Assembly (NCBI RefSeq): GCF_000341395.1
Contig: NC_020304.1
Coordinates: 330,001 to 362,000 of the forward strand
DNA from: Desulfocapsa sulfexigens DSM 10523
GTDB taxonomy: Bacteria; Desulfobacterota; Desulfobulbia; Desulfobulbales; Desulfocapsaceae
Length of the DNA: 32,000 bases
Reading direction: 5' to 3'
Below the pieces are notes generated by a model. The model was not told the origin of the DNA and did no database searches. It saw only the letters and a list, made by a program, of their open reading frames with translations. Position numbers and translations under genes: made by a program. This document shows, piece by piece, positions 1 to 9,463 of this stretch (position 1 is the stretch's first letter; each line of letters begins with the position of its first letter).

Positions 1-417
1 GCCTTCTCAGCTGAAAATAAAACAGAACTTTCGTCTGGACAAACGCTTTATGTAGCTATTTATTCAAATGTTTTTATTGGACCGAAAGAGCACCCCTTCA
101 ATCTAGCTGCAATGCTCAGCATAAGAAATACAGATTTATACAATCAACTCACTATCACCTCAGCAGAATACTTTGACAACAATGGCAAAATATTAAAGGA
201 ATACGCTAAAGAACCAATACTTCTTGCTCCTCTGGCGTCACATCACTTTTCAATAAAAGAAAGAGACGAATCTGGCGGCTTTGGCGCAAACTTCATCGTC
301 AAATGGAAAGCAACGAAAAAAATAAATCCACCAATAATCGAAAGCGTAATGATCGGAACAGGATCAGGAATCTCTTTTGTGAGTCAAAGTAAGGTAATTG
401 ATGAAAACACTAAATAA
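1..417 (+). CDS. DUF3124-like protein, 5' truncated by the window edge
   Basis: Frame is open from base 1 (AFSAENKTELSSGQTLYVAIYSNVFIGPKEHPFNLAAMLSIRNTDLYNQLTITS...). Motifs 'LSIRNTDL', 'LAPLASHHFSIKERDESGGFGANFIVKW' and 'PIIESVMIG...GISF' fit DUF3124. Confidence 0.75.
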   Translation, partial: AFSAENKTELSSGQTLYVAIYSNVFIGPKEHPFNLAAMLSIRNTDLYNQLTITSAEYFDNNGKILKEYAKEPILLAPLASHHFSIKERDESGGFGANFIVKWKATKKINPPIIESVMIGTGSGISFVSQSKVIDENTK

Positions 418-527
418 AAAGCCACTTGACCTATATATGCACCAGACGCAGAGATACCATTTTTTGCTGACAAACACTGGGTACGCTAGCGATGCATAAC
501 CTTATATTTTGTTAGAAAAACAATGTA

Positions 528-851
528 ATGAAAAAAATTGATTATCGAAATCAGGCGTTAAAAATCCTACCGTGGATCTGTGGTAACTGTGGCCGTGATT
601 TTTCAGGAAAAAAACTCAGAGAGTTGACGGTCCATCACAAAGATCATAATCATAAAAATAATCCCCCTGACGGAAGCAACTGGGAACTATTGTGTCTCTA
701 TTGTCATGACAACGAGCACTCCCGTATCTTGGATTCCGAATGGCTGCCAAGCCACAATTCTGACAACGACCGAAGCCCAGCTGCATACAATACTCCTTTT
801 AAAAACCTCAATAAACTTGTATCTGACAAGAAAAACAACGAACCAGAATAG
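528..851 (+). CDS. HNH nuclease, YajD family
   Basis: ORF with CGNC...LTVHHKDHNHKNNPPDGSNWELLCLYCHDNEH, the YajD-like HNH signature with paired CxxC motifs. Confidence 0.8.
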   Translation: MKKIDYRNQALKILPWICGNCGRDFSGKKLRELTVHHKDHNHKNNPPDGSNWELLCLYCHDNEHSRILDSEWLPSHNSDNDRSPAAYNTPFKNLNKLVSDKKNNEPE

Positions 852-1085
852 CAAAGGCAGGAAACGCAACACGGCCCCGAAACTGCATTGGGTCGGTTAT
901 CTCGACTTTACAGATACTTGGTACTACAAGGAGCCAATTTCACCACTTAGTTATGTGTGCTTGACTTATTTCCCACTATTGATAGAGTAATTCATTCTTG
1001 GAAGTCTTCAGCGGTAGAGAGTTGGACATAAAAACGCAACAAAGGCCTCGCTCCTTAACCAAAAAGCACTGTAAAGAAAAACCAA

Positions 1086-1450
1086 ATGAGAACAATTAAT
1101 ATAGCAACTTTTTTCATGGCTATTCTATTGCTGAGTGTCAACGCATCTGCCCAACCTTCAGGAGAGGAGAGGCAGGGGAATTCGTAATTCATAATCAATC
1201 AGAAAAAATCGTAGTCGGATTTTATACCAATGATGGGAATGGATGGAGCTCGAACTGGCTTTCAGAAGAGCTTGCCCCGGACCAAGCCGCTACGGCTGAA
1301 TTTGCAGATGACATGGGAGCTTGTGACCAGATACTGCAAGTGGGATGGCTTGGTGAGGATGGCAGTGAAATTCTTGACGATCCAATCAGTATAGATATTT
1401 GCAAAACGTCTAATGTTTATGTTTCAGACAATGAAATATACTATGACTGA
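1086..1450 (+). pseudogene. Frameshifted small secreted protein: signal peptide in one frame, mature domain in another
   Basis: Frame from ATG 1086: MRTINIATFFMAILLLSVNASAQPSGEERQGNS* (stop 1185-1187). A second frame reads ...GEFVIHNQSEKIVVGFYTNDGNGWSSNWLSEELAPDQAATAEFADDMGACDQILQVGWLGEDGSEILDDPISIDICKTSNVYVSDNEIYYD* and ends at 1450. The two overlap in a G/A-rich stretch. Confidence 0.5.
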
Positions 1451-1638
1451 CAGATAAGAGATTGAAGGCCATCTCACTCTCGCGGCCTGCCTGGAGCGAA
1501 CATCGGGGATAATTCATTGTTTTTTTTTAAGTTCTATAGAAACATAGCAGACAGAGATATCAAATACGATTAGACTGAGAAAAGCCAACCCGTCGTTAAA
1601 GACAGGAAGGAGAGCCACTGGCCTTCTGTTATATAGAT

Positions 1639-1677
1639 AGCCGGGTTGCCTTAAATGAGGTGGCCCGGCTTTTTTTG
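1639..1677 (+). terminator. Rho-independent terminator
   Basis: AGCCGGG (1639-1645) pairs with CCCGGCT (1664-1670), followed by a T run. Confidence 0.6.
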
Positions 1678-1766
1678 TTCAGTTCATGGCTATAGTTGTG
1701 GACAGACTCTTATAATGGCATAATTGGATCCGACCACATAACTCATCAGCCAAGGAAACAAAAAAA

Positions 1767-1970
1767 ATGCCTTTTGTTAATATCAAAATCACAAATGAAG
1801 ATGTTACTCCTGAAAAGAAAGCTGAATTAATAAAAGGGGCAACTGAATTATTAAAAAATGTGCTTGGAAAAAATCCGGCAACCACAGTTGTTGTAATTGA
1901 AGAGATAGATACAGACAATTGGGGGATCGGTGGGGAAACTGTCACCCAAAGAAGAAAAAACGGAAAATGA
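1767..1970 (+). CDS. 4-oxalocrotonate tautomerase family protein
   Basis: MPFVNIKIT...TPEKKAELIKGATELLKNVLGKNPATTVVVIEEIDTDNWGIGGETV. Pro directly after Met matches the catalytic Pro1; size and C-terminal motif are typical. Confidence 0.85.
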   Translation: MPFVNIKITNEDVTPEKKAELIKGATELLKNVLGKNPATTVVVIEEIDTDNWGIGGETVTQRRKNGK

Positions 1971-2061
1971 AAACTGTTTTCATAACCAGAACTTCATATT
2001 CACCCCTGAAACAGCGCCACATCAAATCAGCTCAGTAGTAAGTTTTAAAGGAAACAAAACA

Positions 2062-2478
2062 ATGAAAAAGTTATTTCTCGGAATATGTCTGACTGTATTG
2101 CTGTCAAGTTATGGTTGTGCGCCTCATGTCAACACTTTGTCAGTTGATGTATTAGCCAAGACTACCTCCAGTTGGAACGGCGGAACCTTACCTGTTTATT
2201 CAAAAGGTCAACCCGAAGTAACAATACTAAAAATAATAATACCTCCCAAAATGACCTTGCCTCTTCATCAACATCCAGTAATTAATGCGGGTGTATTGCT
2301 GAAAGGAGAGTTAACCGTTGTAACAACAGACAACAAAACGATACAGCTAGAAGCAGGTGATCCAATCGTAGAGGTAGTTAATACGTGGCATTACGGGAAA
2401 AATGAGGGTAATGAAGCAGCAGAAATAATAGTTTTTTATGCCGGAATCCAGAACAAACCAATAACCATTAAAAAATAG
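2062..2478 (+). CDS. Secreted/lipoprotein-like cupin domain protein
   Basis: From ATG 2062: MKKLFLGICLTVLLSSYGCAPH (lipoprotein-like signal), then a cupin motif LPLHQHPVINAGVLLKGELTVVTTDNKTIQLEAGDPIVEVVNTWHYG. Confidence 0.75.
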   Translation: MKKLFLGICLTVLLSSYGCAPHVNTLSVDVLAKTTSSWNGGTLPVYSKGQPEVTILKIIIPPKMTLPLHQHPVINAGVLLKGELTVVTTDNKTIQLEAGDPIVEVVNTWHYGKNEGNEAAEIIVFYAGIQNKPITIKK

Positions 2479-2733
2479 AATTCATGACATAAAAAGTCAC
2501 TACACTGGATTTGTCACTCCTGTAGACCCAACCATTGCTAAATAACAATATTTGGGAAGGCAATAGAGCAAAAACAAGACTTATTCATTTAACTCTCAAC
2601 ATCGAGTATCAAACAGTGAAAATCATAAAGTCAGACGGTTCACTTGACGCTGAGACCATCTGTGGCACAACGGAGAGTATTGTGGGGATGCAAGTGTCCC
2701 ATATCGTTCAACCTCAAAAAACGGAGATTAAAA

Positions 2734-3276
2734 ATGAAATGGAAAACAAATGATGGGGGATGGAGCCCTTACCTCGCCGGGGCCCTCTTAGGTCTCTTGG
2801 CCATTGCTTCAGTCCTTGCAACAACACAATTCCTTGGTAAAACAAGCTACTTAGGAGCATCAACAACGTTCGTCCGTGCCGCCGGTATTTTAGAGCAGAC
2901 AATTGCTACGGATCATGTGATCTCAAACGAGTATTTCACCAAAACAAAGGTTCGTGTTGACTGGCAGTTCATGCTAGTTGTTGGGATTGTCCTGGGTTCC
3001 CTTATTTCTTCCACTATGGATAAGAGTTTCCGGATTGAGAGCGTTCCTCCCACGTGGAAGAAACGATTTGGCCCCTCTATCGGAAAGCGTGCATTCGGTG
3101 CATTTGTAGGTGGAATTATCGCCATGATCGGAGCTCGTTTGGCTAGTGGCTGCCCAAGTGGACATGGTCTCAGCGGGATGATGCAATTGTCGGTTAGTTC
3201 GTTTGTGGCTTTAGGTATGTTTTTTAGCGTAGGTGTTTTGGTTGCTCATATGGTTTACAAAAGGAGAGCATCATGA
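2734..3276 (+). CDS. YeeE/YedE family membrane protein, first half-size subunit
   Basis: Likely start ATG 2734 after GGAG. Contains 'ASGCPSGHGLSGMMQLSVSSFVALGMFFSVG', the Cys-containing YeeE/YedE motif, plus several TM segments. Confidence 0.8.
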   Translation: MKWKTNDGGWSPYLAGALLGLLAIASVLATTQFLGKTSYLGASTTFVRAAGILEQTIATDHVISNEYFTKTKVRVDWQFMLVVGIVLGSLISSTMDKSFRIESVPPTWKKRFGPSIGKRAFGAFVGGIIAMIGARLASGCPSGHGLSGMMQLSVSSFVALGMFFSVGVLVAHMVYKRRAS

Positions 3277-3803
3277 ACAGCAGTCAATGGTTGGGTCTAG
3301 TCACTGGTGTACTTTTTGGTTTTCTACTCCAAAAAGGTCGTGTTCTTCGTTTCGACAAACAAGTTGGAGCAATGCTGTTAAAGGATATGACGATATTCAA
3401 ATTCATGCTGTCGGCAATTATGGTGGGAATGGTCGGGATACTCCTGCTCGCAAATTTTGAGGTCATTACTTTGAGCCACAAGCCAATGAACGTAGGTGCT
3501 GTGTTGATAGGAGGCGCCTTGTTCGGTGCCGGATGGGCAATCATGGGTTTTTGCCCCGGTACATCACTGGGTGCTTTGGGCGAAGGTCGCTGGCATGCGG
3601 TGTTTGCTATAATAGGCATGGTGGTCGGAGCAGCCTTGTATGCCGAGCTCTACCCTTTCTTTAAAGCAACCATTCTGGCGTGGAAAGATTTCGGAAAAAT
3701 TGGAATACCGGAAACACTTGGTATTTCGCAATGGATAATCATTCCAGTATTTTGGGTAGGGACAATCACTTTATTCTTTTTATTTGAGAAGAAAAAATTG
3801 TAA
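3273..3803 (+). CDS. YeeE/YedE family membrane protein, second half-size subunit
   Basis: ATGA overlap with the preceding gene; 'GALFGAGWAIMGFCPGTSLGALGEGRWHAVFAIIGMVVGAALY'. Confidence 0.8.
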   Translation: MNSSQWLGLVTGVLFGFLLQKGRVLRFDKQVGAMLLKDMTIFKFMLSAIMVGMVGILLLANFEVITLSHKPMNVGAVLIGGALFGAGWAIMGFCPGTSLGALGEGRWHAVFAIIGMVVGAALYAELYPFFKATILAWKDFGKIGIPETLGISQWIIIPVFWVGTITLFFLFEKKKL

Positions 3804-4111
3804 ATCGTGATGATCTTTGCAACATTGACTGGCTACGTGACTGCCCCGCTTAGTCAGTCTACCTAACCCGGCCTCCTCTTGGGCTGCAGTTCGAATTCGC
3901 CTCTGCAAAAGCTGATAGCCAAAATCGTGTCACGCCGACCCCGCCCGCCGAACATCATCTCGTGTGGTTTACCGACAGACTGTTCAGAAGGGTGGAGGCG
4001 TACTCCTCATCAAAATTCGTTGAAAAATCGGGGAATTTTCTATTTGTGGAAAGCCCACCCAATTTGACCTTAATCGTTGATGAGTTCTGGAAAACACAAG
4101 GATAAACAAAT

Positions 4112-4690
4112 ATGGATACAGCTTTACAGGTCTGGGGAGGTGGCTCATACCTCCTTAATAAAATTTTATTTGCCTTAGCAGAAGGGAAAAAACAAGATAT
4201 AAAAAGAAAGTTAAAGCTATATGCCTGGGTTATATACATTGTTGGAGTCCCTGCGTGGGTGGTAATACTCCTTAGTGAGCAAAACTGGATAGCAGCTTCC
4301 ATAGAAGCTGGCGGAGTGCCATCAATGTGTTTAGGCTTATATACAGTGTATCAGTATTCTAAAGCACCAGGTAGTATTCTTGACAAAGTTGCTTCATTCT
4401 TCACCTATGGTTCTATATTTTTAGGTGTTGGTTACAGCCTGGTTGATTATGGTGGAATAACATCATTTTCCCAGGTTTTAGAAATGGGAGTAATGCTGGG
4501 TTTTCTATTGGGAAGCTATCTATTAGCCAAAAACAATAGAATTGGTTGGTTGTTTTTTATGCTGATGAATGCGAGTATGGCTATTCTCATGCTCACTCAG
4601 CAAAAACCACTCCTGACGGCTCAACAAATTATATCGTTAGGTTTTGTAATCTACGGTTTCAGGGCATCAAGAAAAACAAATCCATTATAA
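4112..4690 (+). CDS. Multi-pass membrane protein, possibly distantly PnuC-like
   Basis: 192 aa with several hydrophobic segments; the C-terminal 'NNRIGWLFFMLMNASMAILM...' is weakly reminiscent of PnuC-type transporters. Confidence 0.45.
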   Translation: MDTALQVWGGGSYLLNKILFALAEGKKQDIKRKLKLYAWVIYIVGVPAWVVILLSEQNWIAASIEAGGVPSMCLGLYTVYQYSKAPGSILDKVASFFTYGSIFLGVGYSLVDYGGITSFSQVLEMGVMLGFLLGSYLLAKNNRIGWLFFMLMNASMAILMLTQQKPLLTAQQIISLGFVIYGFRASRKTNPL

Positions 4691-4771
4691 AAAATTTATT
4701 CACCAGACGCTTAACCAGTATTTGACAAGAGATGAGCCAAAACCGTTCAACCAAACATTCAGTGTAAATAA

Positions 4772-5383
4772 ATGAAAGACTTCATAAGCTCTTCAGCTTT
4801 ATTGTTAATGCTACTCAATCCGTTTCTTGTTGTAGTCTACCTTATCGACGTAATGCAGAAAATGGAGGGGAGGATATTCCGTCACGTGCTGTTGCGCGCC
4901 GCCATGATTTCAAGTGTTGTTTTTTGTGTTTTTGCCATCCTCGGCGATGCTGTTTTTTCAGAAATTGTGCAAGTGGAGTTTGCTTCCTTTCAGATTTTTG
5001 GAGGCATTGTATTTCTGCTCATAGGTCTCCAATTTTTTTTTCGTGGTCCACAGGCAATAGAAATTTTAAGAGGAGAATCAGAGCATTTGGCAGGTGCTAT
5101 TGCCATGCCTGTTTTAATAGGTCCAGGCACTATTAGCGTAAGTGTTATTATTGGAAAAAGGCTTGATCCACTTATGGCATGTATAAGCATATTGTCTGCT
5201 ATCTGTATCTCTATCATCATCATACTTCTACTCAAATCTCTGCATGACATTGTGCGTACAAGCCATGAACGATTGATTCAACGATATATAGAAGTAGCAG
5301 GCCGAATCACAGCACTGTACGTCGGAACAGTATCAATCGAAATGATAATGCAAGGCGTTCGTACATGGGCAGGCAAGTTTTAA
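4772..5383 (+). CDS. MarC/UPF0056 family membrane protein
   Basis: 'LLMLLNPFLVVVYLIDVM' and 'AIAMPVLIGPGTISVSVIIG' match the MarC family (NP and P-IGPGTI motifs). Confidence 0.75.
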   Translation: MKDFISSSALLLMLLNPFLVVVYLIDVMQKMEGRIFRHVLLRAAMISSVVFCVFAILGDAVFSEIVQVEFASFQIFGGIVFLLIGLQFFFRGPQAIEILRGESEHLAGAIAMPVLIGPGTISVSVIIGKRLDPLMACISILSAICISIIIILLLKSLHDIVRTSHERLIQRYIEVAGRITALYVGTVSIEMIMQGVRTWAGKF

Positions 5384-5510
5384 TACCACCGCACCGAACC
5401 AGTGCGGTCACAAGACGTCAAGAAGTGTCACGTCGCTGACGAGACTGGTATGGAAGGGCCAGCTGACAAGCCCCTGCGGGTCACTATTAGAAAAGGAAGA
5501 ATTCCCATCC

Positions 5511-6008
5511 CTAATCCATCGGAACAAGAGAAAACCCCCTGTTCTGATAGGCAATCATGGAAATGTACCCATTCTGGGTCACTTCTACTTCAGCCCGGAA
5601 ATCCTCCGGGTTGATCCCCTGAAGGTCTGCTGCCATGAGACACTGTTCCATGTGGACACCTTCTTTGGCAAAGGTTTCAAGCCATTCATGTACTTCAGCC
5701 TTTGCCAGCTTTTCCTCTTCCTCAACATACCCGGTACCACTGGTGATAAACTGACTGGCTTTTCCGCGAAAAGCGATAACAACTTCAGGTTTAACGCCAG
5801 CTGCCTTGAGCTGTGAAAGTGTTTTGTCTATAAGTGAAAGACGAAGTACTAACTTTTGCGGATTACCAACGTTGACGTCAAAATAGATTTTTACAGTTTC
5901 AAGTCCTGCCAGAGATTGGCTTTGGGTATATTCCTTCCCCTGGGCGATTCCAAAAGAAAAAAACAGAAATGCAGAAATACATATCAGTAAAAGCGTTCGT
6001 GTAAACAT
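5511..6008 (-). CDS. Secreted DsrE-like protein
   Basis: Signal peptide MFTRTLLLICISAFLFFSFGIAQG; then VKIYFDVN...LVLRLSLIDKTLSQLKAAGVKPEVVIAFRGKAS...VHMEQCLMAA, the DsrE-like pattern. Confidence 0.65.
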   Translation of the reverse strand: MFTRTLLLICISAFLFFSFGIAQGKEYTQSQSLAGLETVKIYFDVNVGNPQKLVLRLSLIDKTLSQLKAAGVKPEVVIAFRGKASQFITSGTGYVEEEEKLAKAEVHEWLETFAKEGVHMEQCLMAADLQGINPEDFRAEVEVTQNGYISMIAYQNRGFSLVPMD

Positions 6009-6364
6009 GACATACCTCCGGTGTGAGAAATTATTTGGATTTTTGTGATAGGAGCACTCACGCTATTACAAGGACAATATACACGAATGCCACAATGTGC
6101 CACATTATTGTGATTACCACAACTAAAGAAATAACACCAGGAGTGGGAGGTTTGGGAATGCCTCATTTCTGGACAGACACTAGATAGCCACCTTTAATAC
6201 CCGTTAAAGATGGATATTAAAGGCGGAGGATTGTTTACAAAAAAACGAGCTTAGAGCTTAGGGCTAACTCGACTGCTCAGTCATCAGAGACAAACAGGCA
6301 GTCAGGTTCTGGGGATACTGTCTGTCTCATACTGTGCTAACAATGAAGGGATAGAATGATTCTC

Positions 6365-7291
6365 TTAAACCTCTTTAATCCCCTCCAGCTTCCAGTCCTG
6401 CGTGCCAAGCGGCCTTGCCCAACTCCACTCTTCAGCAAATTTCACAGGTTCGGTATCACTGCCTGAAATCAGTTCACCGCTCTCATCATCCACGGTATAA
6501 TCAAGAAGGTTGGCTGTGAAAAGAACGGTCACAAAATCCTCTCCACTTTCAGATCCGGCCGCCACAACTTCAACGTTGCGGATGGATATATTTTCCAGTT
6601 TATTAAGTTCTCCTTTAGATTCCATCTCAGCAAACTGCGCTTGGTATTCTGAGGCAAGCTGCTCACCTAAAAGGTGCCTGTACGAGCTAATATCACGTCG
6701 CATCCAGCCAGCCTGAACCTTAAAAAAAACGTCTGAAGCCACTTCTACAAAATAGTTCGCATCAAAATCGGGATCTGCAATGCGTATGATTTCCAGTCCC
6801 TCCTCCAGGCTCGCTTTTTCCGGTTCCTGGGAGGAAGGTGTAAAACCATGCTGAGTCGGAGAATCCTTGCTGTCAAAGTTACCTCCAAAGACATTGTCAT
6901 TCTGAGGTGGTGCCTGATAGCCCGGAGGAGGACCATTGTAAGGACGTGCAGCAAACCTCCTGTACAGAAAGTAGCCAGCGACGCCAAGAAGGATCAGAGG
7001 AAGCATCCCCATCCCCGAGCCACCCATCCCAAACATGCTGCCCAGCAGCATGCCACCAAGTGCCCCACCAAGCAAACCACCCATCAAACCACGATTCACA
7101 CCTGATTTTTGTTGTGTAGCTGGCTGCTGTTTTTTTGTTACTGGCGCACTCTGTCTTGGTGCAGAGCGAAAAGTTCGACCGCCCATACGGGAGCGCGCAT
7201 CGGCGTACTCTGCCATGATGCCAGCCTCGACAAAACAGAGAGTGAAAAAGACGAGAAAAAAAGGAGTGAGATTCCTCATAACCATGAACAT
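6365..7291 (-). CDS. Tim44-like domain membrane protein
   Basis: N-terminal signal, Gly/Met-rich TM segment (GLMGGLLGGALGGMLLGSMFGMGG), C-terminal Tim44-like domain (FDANYFVEVASDVFFKVQAGWMRRDISSYRHLLGEQLASEYQAQFAEM). Start may be the internal Met at 7279. Confidence 0.75.
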   Translation of the reverse strand: MFMVMRNLTPFFLVFFTLCFVEAGIMAEYADARSRMGGRTFRSAPRQSAPVTKKQQPATQQKSGVNRGLMGGLLGGALGGMLLGSMFGMGGSGMGMLPLILLGVAGYFLYRRFAARPYNGPPPGYQAPPQNDNVFGGNFDSKDSPTQHGFTPSSQEPEKASLEEGLEIIRIADPDFDANYFVEVASDVFFKVQAGWMRRDISSYRHLLGEQLASEYQAQFAEMESKGELNKLENISIRNVEVVAAGSESGEDFVTVLFTANLLDYTVDDESGELISGSDTEPVKFAEEWSWARPLGTQDWKLEGIKEV

Positions 7292-7519
7292 GTGTTGCCT
7301 CCGAAAAAATTCAAAGAAAAGATAATTACAATGTTTGTGTCATCTGACAGCAGTCTCAGCTTTGCCATCTTTGCTGCAAAGGCTAAGACAGAAAAAAACA
7401 CTTAAGGACGGTCAAAACATTACACGAGACCATCAAATTATGATAGTGTATTCCGAATATGTAAAAACAATACCGACCTATCCCAATAGGTTTTACAAAA
7501 TCATACTACAAGGAAAATA

Positions 7520-7906
7520 ATGTTACGCGACTTATCATTAGCAGCGAAGTCTGCCTGCAGCAAAGAAGACCAGGAATCCTTAATCCCATTAATCATTTCT
7601 CTTAAAGAGCTGGGTGCACAGGCCAAAAAAAGAGGATTTCTCTCACTGGAAGATCAACTTGGAAGTATCACTGACAATTTCCTTAAAATAGGTCTGCAAC
7701 TTATTATTGACCAGACAGAGCCCGAAGTTGTCAGCGATATTCTCGACTCCGACATCTACTATAACGAGTCAAATGGAAGGGAGCTCCTCAAAAAAATTAT
7801 TATTCGAGAAGGGTTACTCCGTATTCAGGCAGGAGATACGTCCAGAAACATTTTTCTCTGCACCAGAATTTTTCTTGGCAAAATTGATAACAGCGCATTT
7901 GCTTAA
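7520..7906 (+). CDS. Soluble protein resembling the cytoplasmic segment of MotA/ExbB-type stator proteins
   Basis: 'KELGAQAKKRGFLSLEDQLGSITDNFLKIGLQLIIDQTEPEVVSDILDSDI' resembles the MotA cytoplasmic loop; no TM segment. Confidence 0.45.
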   Translation: MLRDLSLAAKSACSKEDQESLIPLIISLKELGAQAKKRGFLSLEDQLGSITDNFLKIGLQLIIDQTEPEVVSDILDSDIYYNESNGRELLKKIIIREGLLRIQAGDTSRNIFLCTRIFLGKIDNSAFA

Positions 7907-7924
7907 CCACTCTGCGCCCATCAA

Positions 7925-9463
7925 GTGCTCCTGATATTTCCACCGCTCGCCAAGGCCTGCGAACCTCCTGCAGGAATAACTCGTATTGCAGGTTTCCTTC
8001 GCGGAAACAAGCAACGGTGCAGACTCTGGGACGCAAACATCGAGGGACAACTCTATTTACTGGGCTTGCAACAGACCCCCATTGACACCTGGAGCAAAAG
8101 AGCCTGGAAGAACGTTCAACCCAACCTCCAAAACCTCCGCGACACGGCTCTTTATGAAAGCAACGACCGCTATCAGAGGGCTGTACGCGATCTGAACCGG
8201 GCAATCAGCCAGAGCTGCAATGTATCTGCTGTCAACATCAGCCTTGCAGACTATCAGGACAACCAGCTCTCCCCGCATCGGAGCCAGGATCTCCTCCTGG
8301 CTGCCGGAAATTTTCAAAACAGCATCTTCTTTCCCTTTTTTCAAGCACGCCTGAAAGATCTTTTTGCCGAAGCAGACCACCAGCACATCGGTATTTCTCT
8401 CAATTATCTCAGCCAGGCCCTTCCCGCCTTTTGTCTTGCCGGTTTGATCAGAGAGGAATATCCAGACATAACAATCATTGCCGGTGGTGGGTTGGTCACC
8501 TCCTGGTTAAGGAGTCCAGGCTGGAACAATCCATTTACAGAACTCTTTGATCATATGGTAGAAGGACAGGGTGAACTGCCATTATTGGAAATCTTATCCC
8601 CTGACACCCCCTCCAGACACCAGCCACCTGATTTTTCAGACCTTCCTCTCGCCCACTACCTCTCTCCCGGCCTGCTCTTACCCTACAGTGCATCCACTGG
8701 ATGCTACTGGAACCGCTGTTCTTTCTGTCCTGAAAAAGCAGAAGGGAGCCCCTACGCAAAACTTTCCACAAAGCAGGTCATGGAGGACCTGAACTCTCTG
8801 GTCAGCAGACATAAACCACGCCTCATCCATCTCCTTGACAATGCCGTGGCCCCCTCCCTAATGAAGCAGATAATACAGGAACCTCCCGGAGCTGACTGGT
8901 ACGGATTTGCCAGGGTTACTCCAGAGTTGGGGGATCTTAGCTTCTGCAAAAAACTCCAAAAATCAGGCTGTGTTCTTTTGAAACTCGGTATTGAATCCGG
9001 GTCCCAGGAAGTTCTTGATGCAATGGACAAGGGGATCGATCTGACAATGGTCGAAGACAGCCTGAGGGCCCTTCGTCTTGCAGGTATTGCAACCTATGTT
9101 TATCTACTCTTTGGAACGCCGACGGAATCCCATAGCGAAGCACGACAGACCCTCGACTTTACTCAACGCAATGCTGAGGCCATCACGTTCCTGAACCTGG
9201 CAGTCTTTAATCTACCCCATAACAGTAGAGAATCCAGCACACTGCAGCTCCGGGAATTTTCCAGTGGAGATTTGGGGCTCTATTCCGATTTCTACCATCC
9301 CAGAGGATGGGATCGGAAAGCTGTGCGGAATTTTCTCTGCAATGAATTCAGAACGGATCCGACAGTCCGCACCATACTGCAGCGGGATCCGCCATTTTTC
9401 ACATCCAACCACGCTCCACTCATTCTACAGAGTGACGCACGATACAGGGAAGGCAATAAATGA
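7925..9463 (+). CDS. B12-binding-type radical SAM protein
   Basis: GTG start. 'PPLAKACEPPAGITRIAGFLR' N-terminus, 'GCYWNRCSFCPEKAEG' CX3CX2C cluster motif, 'IKLGIESGSQEVLDAMDKGI'-like motif (LKLGIESGSQEVLDAMDKGIDL). TGA overlaps the next gene's ATG. Confidence 0.85.
   Translation: MLLIFPPLAKACEPPAGITRIAGFLRGNKQRCRLWDANIEGQLYLLGLQQTPIDTWSKRAWKNVQPNLQNLRDTALYESNDRYQRAVRDLNRAISQSCNVSAVNISLADYQDNQLSPHRSQDLLLAAGNFQNSIFFPFFQARLKDLFAEADHQHIGISLNYLSQALPAFCLAGLIREEYPDITIIAGGGLVTSWLRSPGWNNPFTELFDHMVEGQGELPLLEILSPDTPSRHQPPDFSDLPLAHYLSPGLLLPYSASTGCYWNRCSFCPEKAEGSPYAKLSTKQVMEDLNSLVSRHKPRLIHLLDNAVAPSLMKQIIQEPPGADWYGFARVTPELGDLSFCKKLQKSGCVLLKLGIESGSQEVLDAMDKGIDLTMVEDSLRALRLAGIATYVYLLFGTPTESHSEARQTLDFTQRNAEAITFLNLAVFNLPHNSRESSTLQLREFSSGDLGLYSDFYHPRGWDRKAVRNFLCNEFRTDPTVRTILQRDPPFFTSNHAPLILQSDARYREGNK

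Noticed and set aside
3804-4111. Intergenic region between YeeE/YedE and the membrane protein as a hidden gene or RNA
   Set aside because: Scanned for ORFs and strong stems; only weak short ORFs and no convincing structure seen.
5388-5408. Hairpin ACCGCAC-N7-GTGCGGT after the MarC gene as a terminator
   Set aside because: Stem is real but short and no T tract follows, so it is not claimed as a feature.
6190-6225. Imperfect hairpin cctttaatac...gatattaaagg between the DsrE and Tim44 genes
   Set aside because: AT-rich and imperfect, no T tail or supporting context; could be chance.
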